A DNA stretch of 32,000 bases from Pseudothioglobus sp. nBUS_23 (GTDB taxonomy: Bacteria; Pseudomonadota; Gammaproteobacteria; PS1; Pseudothioglobaceae). Each line of letters begins with the position of its first letter. Position 1 is the stretch's first letter. The notes beneath the pieces are model-generated. The model saw only the letters and a list, made by a program, of their open reading frames with translations. It did no database searches and was not told the origin of the DNA. The position numbers and the translations under genes are program-made. The stretch lies in NCBI RefSeq assembly GCF_051201565.1, contig NZ_CP179200.1, forward strand, positions 1,470,001-1,502,000, written 5' to 3'. This document shows positions 9,904 to 16,732 of this stretch, piece by piece.

Positions 9904-10006
9904 TTGATAAATATTAGTGCCTTCGATGATTAATTTATAGAAATCAAAAAAATAATACCAAAATAATCTATAAACTTGGAGCCATCCAATAAACTAATTT
10001 AATACC

Positions 10007-10741
10007 TTGACTTCAGATCCAGTAATTTTTCAATTTATATTGCTTTTTGGCGCATTCTTTGCAGGTATTGTCCAAGGTGCAACTGGGTTTGGCAGTGGAA
10101 TTGTTCTCAACGCTTTTTGGCTTCATATTCTTGAACCATCAGCTGCAATTTCACTAAATATTGTCTCCTGTTTATTTGTCTCTGCTCTTCCAATCTATAA
10201 GCTCCGTAAAACTTTAGACTTTTCTAAACTCAAACCATTTGTAATTTTTGGTATTCTTGGAATACCGACCGGATTATTCATATTAACTTTAACTGACCCA
10301 ACAATCTTCAAGACCACTGTCGGGGTTATATTGGTACTCTTCTCAATCTGGAAATTTAGAAGTAAAAACATTTTTATAAACTTTAAAAGCAGTCCACCAC
10401 TTGATAAATTGATTGGCTTTATCAGCGGGGTATTGGGTGGATTTGCTGCACTAGGAGGAATTCTGCCAACAATCTGGGTTAATATTCAAAGGCTTCCAAA
10501 AAATACCCAACGCGGCACATATGAACCCTTCATATTTATAACAAGCATAGCAGCTGTTGTCAGTTTTTATTTTGCTGGATTTTTGAATTTGGATATTTTT
10601 AATTATTTTATTAAGGTTTTACCAGCATTGATTATAGGATCTCTGATTGGAGTCAAGATTTATTCATTTATAAACGAAGACTTATTTAAAAAGGTAATTC
10701 TCGGACTTATTTTTCTTGCAGGATTGGTATTATTATTTTAA
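10007..10741 (+). CDS. TauE/SafE-family membrane protein (putative anion/sulfite-type exporter)
   Basis: 244 aa and highly hydrophobic, with about 7-8 predicted helices. The family-typical glycine motif GATGFGSG is near the N-terminus and GVLGGFAALGG is in the second half. It starts at TTG, with no in-frame ATG nearby. Confidence 0.7.
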   Translation: MTSDPVIFQFILLFGAFFAGIVQGATGFGSGIVLNAFWLHILEPSAAISLNIVSCLFVSALPIYKLRKTLDFSKLKPFVIFGILGIPTGLFILTLTDPTIFKTTVGVILVLFSIWKFRSKNIFINFKSSPPLDKLIGFISGVLGGFAALGGILPTIWVNIQRLPKNTQRGTYEPFIFITSIAAVVSFYFAGFLNLDIFNYFIKVLPALIIGSLIGVKIYSFINEDLFKKVILGLIFLAGLVLLF

Positions 10742-10842
10742 TCAATCAAATAATTGCAAATAATTGAAAAAAGTATACAAAAAGATAGTAACTTTCTAAA
10801 AATAGTATTTCAATATCACGTGAATTAAGTTAAACTTTAATT

Positions 10843-10875
10843 AATCCACTTTTTTTTAGTGGATTTATTTTTAAA
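10843..10875 (+). terminator. Terminator-like hairpin between TauE and proX (alternatively a 5'-UTR hairpin of proX)
   Basis: AATCCACT (10843-10850) pairs perfectly with AGTGGATT (10858-10865) around a TTTTTTT loop, followed by TTATTTTTAAAA. It lies 100 nt after the TauE stop. It ends about 14 nt before the AAGGAGAG ribosome-binding site of proX. Confidence 0.45.
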
Positions 10876-10889
10876 ACTAAGGAGAGAAA

Positions 10890-11906
10890 ATGAAACTAAT
10901 AAATAAATTATTAGCAGTAACAGCTATTTCTGTCAGCCTTATGCCTAGTGTTGTAAGTGCGGACTGTGGAAAAGCTAGACTAGCTGATTTTGACTGGAGT
11001 AGTGCTAATATTCATACTGCTATTGCTGGTTTTATCTTAGAGCATGGTTATGGGTGTGACGTTTCTGTAACAAAAGGAAGCACAACACCAATTATGGCAG
11101 CTCACTATGATGGGCAACTAGATGTTGTAACTGAGCTATGGTACGACAATATTAAAGATACTTATGATAGCCATGAAGCTGCAGGAACAGTAAGAAACTT
11201 AGGAATTAACACTCCGGACTCACAACAAGCATTCTATGTTGATAGAGCGACTGCTGAGAAGTACAACCTTACAAATGTTTTAGACATGAATAGCCCAGAA
11301 ATTGCTGCTCTGTTCAGTGATCCTGAAAACCCATCAATGGGTAGAATGACAAGTTGTATTGGCGGCTGGACTTGCTACACAATTAACCTTGTTAAGCAAA
11401 AAGCTTATGGATTAGATAAATACTACACTAACTTTGATCCGGGTTCAGGTGGAGCTCTTGATGCTGCAATTGCTGGTGCATTTGCTAAAAAGCAGCCAAT
11501 CTTTACATACTACTGGGCACCAACAGGTTTAATGGGTAAAGTTGATCTAGTAAGATTAGCAGAGCCACCATTTAACGCTGAGTGCTGGGCATCAATGCAA
11601 GTCGTTGTTGAAGATATCAAGGCTAACGGCACAGATGCATGGAAGCCAACATGTGGAGTTGAGTACAGAGACATGTCTTTAGACAAGTCAGTGCTTGCCT
11701 CATGGGCTGATGCTCATCCAGCTGAAACTGCATTCATCGAAGCTTACAGCATACCAACTGCGCAAGTGAACAGATTACTTGCATTCTATGAAGATGAGTC
11801 AGATGGTGATATGGAGCTAACTGCAATGGAGTATCTTGCAAATGATGATACATGGAAATCATGGGTTCCAGCAGACGTCGCTGCTAAGGTATCCGCAGCT
11901 CTATAA
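10890..11906 (+). CDS. proX: Glycine betaine/quaternary-amine ABC transporter substrate-binding protein (ProX type)
   Basis: 338 aa with a Sec signal MKLINKLLAVTAISVSLMPSVVSA|D. By eye it is collinear with E. coli ProX: LTNVLDMNSPEIAALFSD, the disulfide loop SCIGGWTCY (E. coli CNPGWGC) and QPIFTYYWAPTG (E. coli KPVFYYTWTPYW). A strong AAGGAGAG RBS is present. Confidence 0.88.
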   Translation: MKLINKLLAVTAISVSLMPSVVSADCGKARLADFDWSSANIHTAIAGFILEHGYGCDVSVTKGSTTPIMAAHYDGQLDVVTELWYDNIKDTYDSHEAAGTVRNLGINTPDSQQAFYVDRATAEKYNLTNVLDMNSPEIAALFSDPENPSMGRMTSCIGGWTCYTINLVKQKAYGLDKYYTNFDPGSGGALDAAIAGAFAKKQPIFTYYWAPTGLMGKVDLVRLAEPPFNAECWASMQVVVEDIKANGTDAWKPTCGVEYRDMSLDKSVLASWADAHPAETAFIEAYSIPTAQVNRLLAFYEDESDGDMELTAMEYLANDDTWKSWVPADVAAKVSAAL

Positions 11907-11920
11907 GTTTGTATCAATAT

Positions 11921-11952
11921 AAAAAAAGAGCTCACTCGTGGGCTCTTTTTTT
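11921..11952 (+). terminator. Rho-independent terminator/attenuator between proX and proW
   Basis: The sequence is AAAAAAA-GAGCTCA-CTCG-TGGGCTC-TTTTTTT. A 7-bp stem with one G-U pair is flanked by a 7-A run and a run of at least 7 T. It starts 15 nt after the proX stop. Confidence 0.8.
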
Positions 11953-11967
11953 CATAGAAAAACTAAA

Positions 11968-12969
11968 ATGATAAAAAAATTCCTCACCTACTATACGTTC
12001 CCTATAATTTTTGTTTGGCTTTTAGTTGTTAGTTACAACTCATCGAAAAGAAAGCCTGATAGCGTTATGGAACTTATTACTGATCCTAGTTGGCTTTATG
12101 ATTGGCCAAAATGGTTAGATATTCCTTTAATGAAATGGATCAATGATGGCTTCAAGGTTTTCAATGAAAAGTATGGTATTTACTTTGAAGTAATCAATGA
12201 CTTTCTTCTTGGCGCAATCTTATCACTCAAGAAATTCTTGATTGTTTTGCCTTGGCCACTAGTCATAGCCCTAGTTGTTGCAATTGTTTTCTTCTCAAGT
12301 GGAAGAAAGCTTGGGACAACAGTTTTTGTAGGAATCTGTACATTTTTTATTGGTTTTCTTCATCCCAAATTTTGGGATAAGGCGATTGAAACAACTTCAA
12401 TCATGATTATTGGAATATTAATTTGTATTATTATTGGCATTCCCTTAGGTATTGCAATGGCAAGAAATAACAAACTGCGAAATGCAATACTACCTGTTCT
12501 CGATTTAATGCAAACAATCCCCAGCTTTTGCTATCTTATTCCGGGGATTATGCTCTTTGGACTTGGTGCGGTTCCAGCGATTATTGCGACCGTAATTTAT
12601 GCAGTACCGCCACTAGTTCGTCTAACAGACTTAGGAATCACTTTGGTAGACACAGAGGTCATTGAAGCAGCTGAAGCGTTTGGCGCCAGTAAAAAACAAA
12701 AATTATTGGGTGTCCAGCTTCCATTAGCTCTACCAAATATCATGCAGGGAATTAACCAATGCACGATGATGGCATTGGCTATGGTTGTAATTGCATCTAT
12801 GATTGGAACGAGGGGTCTCGGCGATGAAGTTTTACTCGGACTTCAGCAGCTAAACGTTGGAAAAGCAACGGAGGCTGGACTTGCAATAGTTCTTCTAGCA
12901 ATTGTACTGGATAGAATTACTCAGGCCTACGGTAAAAAGATTCAAGATAGAAACAAACCACCAAAATAA
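11968..12969 (+). CDS. proW: Glycine betaine/quaternary-amine ABC transporter permease (ProW type)
   Basis: The ORF-track start (GTG 11938) lies inside the terminator stem, so I call the ATG at 11968 (MIKKFLTYY...), giving 333 aa. There is a long N-terminal extension before the permease core, as in ProW. The core has the binding-protein-dependent transport motif region EAAEAFGASKKQKLLGVQLPLALP. Confidence 0.88.
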   Translation: MIKKFLTYYTFPIIFVWLLVVSYNSSKRKPDSVMELITDPSWLYDWPKWLDIPLMKWINDGFKVFNEKYGIYFEVINDFLLGAILSLKKFLIVLPWPLVIALVVAIVFFSSGRKLGTTVFVGICTFFIGFLHPKFWDKAIETTSIMIIGILICIIIGIPLGIAMARNNKLRNAILPVLDLMQTIPSFCYLIPGIMLFGLGAVPAIIATVIYAVPPLVRLTDLGITLVDTEVIEAAEAFGASKKQKLLGVQLPLALPNIMQGINQCTMMALAMVVIASMIGTRGLGDEVLLGLQQLNVGKATEAGLAIVLLAIVLDRITQAYGKKIQDRNKPPK

Positions 12970-12978
12970 TTTCCTACT

Positions 12979-14013
12979 ATGTCAAAAATTGAAATAAACA
13001 ATATTTATAAAATATTTGGTCCTAACGCTCAGCAAGTTATGCCAATGGTTAAAGATGGCGCCTCTAAAGAGCAGGTTATGGAAGAAACAGGACACACTGT
13101 TGGACTTGATAACGTCTCCCTTTCTATTGAAGAGGGTGAAATTTTTGTTTGCATGGGGCTTTCTGGTTCTGGAAAGTCAACTCTAATTAGACATATTAAT
13201 AGGCTCATTGACCCAACTGCGGGTGAGGTTCTTGTTAACAATATCGATGTTTGTAGTCTGGATGAAAAAGAAATCTTAGAGTTTAGAAAGAGAACTATGA
13301 GCATGGTATTCCAGCGCTTTGGATTGTTTCCTCATAAGACGATTATTGAAAACGTTGCCTATGGTCTAGAGATTCAAGAAGTTCCTGAAGATCAAAGACA
13401 CGAGATTGCGCAAGGTCAAATCAAGGCTGTTGGTCTTGAGGGCTTTGAACATCAATATCCTGCCCAACTATCGGGTGGAATGCAGCAAAGAGTTGGTCTG
13501 GCAAGAGCACTAGCAACCAATCCTGAAATTCTTTTGATGGATGAGGCATTTAGCGCATTAGACCCGCTCATTAGAAGTGAAATGCAGAATCAATTGGTCG
13601 AACTTCAAGCTAAACTCAAGAAAACTATTGTCTTCATCACACACGATCTTGATGAATCTCTTAAGCTGGGTGATCACATTGGTATTCTGAATGGCGGAAG
13701 ACTTGTTCAGGTAGGAAAGCCAGAAGATATTATCTTAAATCCTGCTGATGATTACGTAAAGGCTTTTGTTAAGGATGTTAATCGCTCTAAAGTACTCAGA
13801 GCAAGGACTATTATGACCAAACTGGACAAGTTTGATAAATCATCCGTCAATCCATCTTCAACCTATAAATATGATGAGGATACTTTTATTGAAGATATAG
13901 TTCCTAAAGTGTTAAAAGATAGATCAACCATTGAAGTTATCGATAAAGAAGGAATGACTACTGGGTTCATTACCTCTGACGAACTCTCAGTTGCACTAAC
14001 TAAAACTGAATAA
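12979..14013 (+). CDS. proV: Glycine betaine/quaternary-amine ABC transporter ATP-binding protein (ProV/OpuAA type) with a short C-terminal CBS-like tail
   Basis: 344 aa. Walker A is GLSGSGKST, the signature is LSGGMQQRV, Walker B is LLMDEAFSALD and the H-loop is ITHD. The ProV-type end of the core is PADDYVKAFVKDV. Only about 75 aa follow, ending in the CBS-like strand pattern IEVIDKEGMTTGFITSDEL. Confidence 0.92.
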   Translation: MSKIEINNIYKIFGPNAQQVMPMVKDGASKEQVMEETGHTVGLDNVSLSIEEGEIFVCMGLSGSGKSTLIRHINRLIDPTAGEVLVNNIDVCSLDEKEILEFRKRTMSMVFQRFGLFPHKTIIENVAYGLEIQEVPEDQRHEIAQGQIKAVGLEGFEHQYPAQLSGGMQQRVGLARALATNPEILLMDEAFSALDPLIRSEMQNQLVELQAKLKKTIVFITHDLDESLKLGDHIGILNGGRLVQVGKPEDIILNPADDYVKAFVKDVNRSKVLRARTIMTKLDKFDKSSVNPSSTYKYDEDTFIEDIVPKVLKDRSTIEVIDKEGMTTGFITSDELSVALTKTE

Positions 14014-14020
14014 ACCCTCA

Positions 14021-14794
14021 TTGGAAGCTGTTAACAAAAATATTGTAATTTCAGCAGCTGCAGATGGAATAGGCTGGTGCATTACTAAGTCATTGTTAGA
14101 TAATGGGTACACAGTTTATGCATCAGATATTAATCAAGACAAGATAGATGAACTCAATCAACACCCACTCATCAATAACAGATTATTTGTTGACTACGTA
14201 AATGCAGGAGATGCAAACTCAGTCAAAAATTATTTTGAATCTTTCAAATTATCAAGTATCGATGGCTTGATTAATAACGTTGGTATTGCGGGACCCACTG
14301 GAACAATGGAGAACATTTCAGTCGATGATTGGAATCAAACTATAGAGACTAACTTAAATAGTCATTTTTATTTTACAAAGCAAGCTATACCACTTCTAAA
14401 AAAAAATAAAGGTGGGTCAATTGTCAACTTATCTTCAACAGCAGGTATCTTTGGATTTCCATTAAGAACCCCATATGCTGCATCTAAGTGGGCAATTATT
14501 GGAGTCACCAAGTCATTAGCTATGGAACTAGGAAAATTCAAAATACGAGTTAATGCGATCTGCCCAGGCTCGGTCTCAGGAGACAGAATTAACAGGGTGA
14601 TTGAGGCAAAAGCAAAATCACTTAACATTCCTGTTAGTGAAGTCAAAGAAGATTTTGAAGGGATGGTTTCACTCAAAACTTTCGTTGATAAAGAAGATAT
14701 TGCCAATATGGCTCTATTTCTTTTGTCTGACCAAGCTCACAGAATATCTGGTCAAGTCATGACCGTAGATGGCAACACTGAGAGGATGGACTAG
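14021..14794 (+). CDS. Short-chain dehydrogenase/reductase (classical SDR), co-operonic with proXWV
   Basis: 257 aa with a TTG start 7 nt after the proV stop. The cofactor motif is the variant ISAAADGIG. NNVGIAG is present, with a catalytic Ser...YAASK tetrad context (SSTAG...PYAASKWA) and PGSVSGDR. Confidence 0.85.
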   Translation: MEAVNKNIVISAAADGIGWCITKSLLDNGYTVYASDINQDKIDELNQHPLINNRLFVDYVNAGDANSVKNYFESFKLSSIDGLINNVGIAGPTGTMENISVDDWNQTIETNLNSHFYFTKQAIPLLKKNKGGSIVNLSSTAGIFGFPLRTPYAASKWAIIGVTKSLAMELGKFKIRVNAICPGSVSGDRINRVIEAKAKSLNIPVSEVKEDFEGMVSLKTFVDKEDIANMALFLLSDQAHRISGQVMTVDGNTERMD

Positions 14795-14818
14795 GTAGAA
14801 CTGTCCTGATAAAACTGC

Positions 14819-15463
14819 TTAATGAAGACCAGCAATATACTGAGATAAAGCGTCTATCTCTTCATTAGTCAGACCCATAGCAACATTATTCATCATTTCA
14901 TTGACTCTCTCGACACCATCAGAGCCTGTCTGTTTATTGATTGAATACTGACGGAAAGCCTTTAACTGAGAAGCAGTATATTCAGCGTGTTGCGCTGCAA
15001 CGGCTGGGAAACCTGCAGTTGGAATACCCTCACCTTTGGCGCCATGACACGCAATACAAGCAGTCGTTTGAGTTTCCATTTTGCCACCAACATAAATTTT
15101 TCTACCCAGTTCAATTTGTTCTGCTGAACCCTTGGCGGAGTTTTCACTGATTGTTTGGATTGAGTAATATGCAGCAATATCTTCCATGTCCTGATCAGAA
15201 AGTAACGAGGCAACTCCAGCCATCATTGCATTATTTCTTTCACCAGATTTAAAATACTGAAGTTGCTTGATCAAATAAGCCTCTCCTTGACCAGCCAACT
15301 TTGGAAAGTTAGGTATCGTACTATTTCCAGCCAGGCCATGACAACCCATACATGTAGCAGATTTAACTTGGCCAGCTTCTGCATCTCCTGCAGCGATTGA
15401 TGGACTTACTAGCGAAGTAATTAGTAAAGAAGCTAAGATAACAAGGGTTTTTTTCATTCTCAA
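14819..15463 (-). CDS. Diheme cytochrome c4
   Basis: 214 aa with signal peptide MRMKKTLVILASLLITSLVSPSIAA. There are two class-I heme motifs, CMGCH and CIACH. Each is followed by a Met-containing distal-ligand segment (NNAMMAG; NEMMNNVA). A GGAG RBS is present. Confidence 0.9.
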   Translation of the reverse strand: MRMKKTLVILASLLITSLVSPSIAAGDAEAGQVKSATCMGCHGLAGNSTIPNFPKLAGQGEAYLIKQLQYFKSGERNNAMMAGVASLLSDQDMEDIAAYYSIQTISENSAKGSAEQIELGRKIYVGGKMETQTTACIACHGAKGEGIPTAGFPAVAAQHAEYTASQLKAFRQYSINKQTGSDGVERVNEMMNNVAMGLTNEEIDALSQYIAGLH

Positions 15464-15553
15464 TCTCCAAAAAATTCCATGAAATTATACGTGATAAATT
15501 CGGGTTAAGAAACCCTCAAATTAGTTAAAATTTTAAATAGAAAAATTCTATCT

Positions 15554-15871
15554 TTACCGGTCTTGGATGGAGAGATACTCCGCAATAGATCTCTCAAAAC
15601 CCTCGGCCATTGGAGCCATCGCATTCATGTATGAGTTTTGACGTTCGCCCGACTGAAAATATTCAAGTTGCTGAATAATCCATTCAACATCTTTGCCTGC
15701 TAGGGAGGGGATTGATTCGTCATTTGAGCGTCCATTTGCGCCATGACAACTTGCACATCCTAGAGCCCCATACATTGCTTCACCCTCACTATTAGCCAAA
15801 GTACCAACAGAGAAAGTAGCTAAAACAAACACAATAAACGTATTAAAAACTTTTGTCATGGTTTTAAGCAT
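15554..15871 (-). CDS. Monoheme class-I cytochrome c (c4 half-domain-like)
   Basis: 105 aa with an N-terminal signal and a single CASCH heme motif. It aligns by eye with the N-terminal domain of the adjacent c4: CASCHGANGRS...IPSLAGKDVEWIIQQLEYFQSGERQNSYM versus CMGCHGLAGNS...FPKLAGQGEAYLIKQLQYFKSGERNNAMM. Confidence 0.85.
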   Translation of the reverse strand: MLKTMTKVFNTFIVFVLATFSVGTLANSEGEAMYGALGCASCHGANGRSNDESIPSLAGKDVEWIIQQLEYFQSGERQNSYMNAMAPMAEGFERSIAEYLSIQDR

Positions 15872-15931
15872 TAATGAGTTTCAAAATTGATTATACCCAT
15901 TTATGATTTAGTACAATCCAGTTGATGAAAG

Positions 15932-16723
15932 TTATTTGCCTTTCCATTTGGGGGGTCTTTTTTCTGAAAAAGCAATTGGCCCTTCCTTTGCATCCTCAGA
16001 ATGAAGCATTTTCTGATACGCTTCAATTTCTCCTGATCGCATCAATTCGTAGGCTTCCTCTAAATCCATGATTTCAGTTGATCTTATGACAGACTTTATG
16101 GCTGCTAAAGAGAGTGGGGCTGACTTTGAAATCTGAAGAGCCCACTCAAGCGACTGATTAATTAAATCATCTTGGGAACAAATTCTATTAACAAGGCCGT
16201 AATGCTTTGCCTCCTCAACACCCATCCTTCGACCCGTCATAAGCATATCCATAGCAACTGATTTAGGTAGTCGACGAGGAAGCCTCAATACCCCGCCGCT
16301 ATCTGGAATAATTCCTAAAGTAGCTTCAGGTACAAAAAATTCTGCATTACTTGAAGCAATGATGATGTCTGCAGCAAGTGCCAATTCAAACCCACCACCT
16401 ACTGCTAATCCATTGACAGCAGCAATGACAGGTTTATTGAGATCCCATAACTCTGTTAGGCCTGCAAAACCACCAGGACCAAAGTCAGCATCAACTGCTT
16501 CCCCCTCAGATGCTGCCTTTAAGTCCCAGCCCCCACAAAAGAAACGATCTCCAGCTCCAGTAATGATTGCCACCCTAAGATTATTGTCATCTCTAAATTT
16601 TATAAATGCATCTCCAAGCTCATGACTTGTTTTTGCATCAATTGCATTGGCTTTTGGACGATTCAAAGTAATTAAAATTACTTCTCTATGAACCTCATAA
16701 TTAACAGCATCTTTCATAATCAC
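15932..16723 (-). CDS. caiD: Crotonase-fold enoyl-CoA hydratase, CaiD-like (carnitinyl-CoA dehydratase / crotonobetainyl-CoA hydratase)
   Basis: 263 aa. Long identical runs match E. coli CaiD as I recall it: [86 protein letters not shown] and LHSEDA.EGP.AF.EKR.P.WKG. This is much closer than generic crotonase similarity. Confidence 0.85.
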   Translation of the reverse strand: MIMKDAVNYEVHREVILITLNRPKANAIDAKTSHELGDAFIKFRDDNNLRVAIITGAGDRFFCGGWDLKAASEGEAVDADFGPGGFAGLTELWDLNKPVIAAVNGLAVGGGFELALAADIIIASSNAEFFVPEATLGIIPDSGGVLRLPRRLPKSVAMDMLMTGRRMGVEEAKHYGLVNRICSQDDLINQSLEWALQISKSAPLSLAAIKSVIRSTEIMDLEEAYELMRSGEIEAYQKMLHSEDAKEGPIAFSEKRPPKWKGK

Positions 16724-16732
16724 CCCAATAAA

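Noticed and set aside
11938-11967. GTG start extending the ProW-type permease by 10 codons (MGSFFHRKTK).
   Set aside because: The GTG and following codons form the 3' arm and T-run of the proX terminator, so the ATG at 11968 is the more plausible start.
14368-14706. 112-aa minus-strand ORF inside the SDR gene. ORFs at 14941-15150 (+) and 14962-15213 (-) lie inside cytochrome c4.
   Set aside because: They overlap genes whose catalytic or heme motifs are intact in the other frame or strand, and nothing independent supports them.
15872-15931. Short AT-rich words (for example TTATGATT, TGATTATA) shared between the two borders of the CoA operon (15872-15931 and 20508-20601), considered as insertion scars or direct repeats.
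   Set aside because: Eight-mers of this composition are expected by chance in AT-rich intergenic DNA, and I could find no extended direct or inverted repeat.
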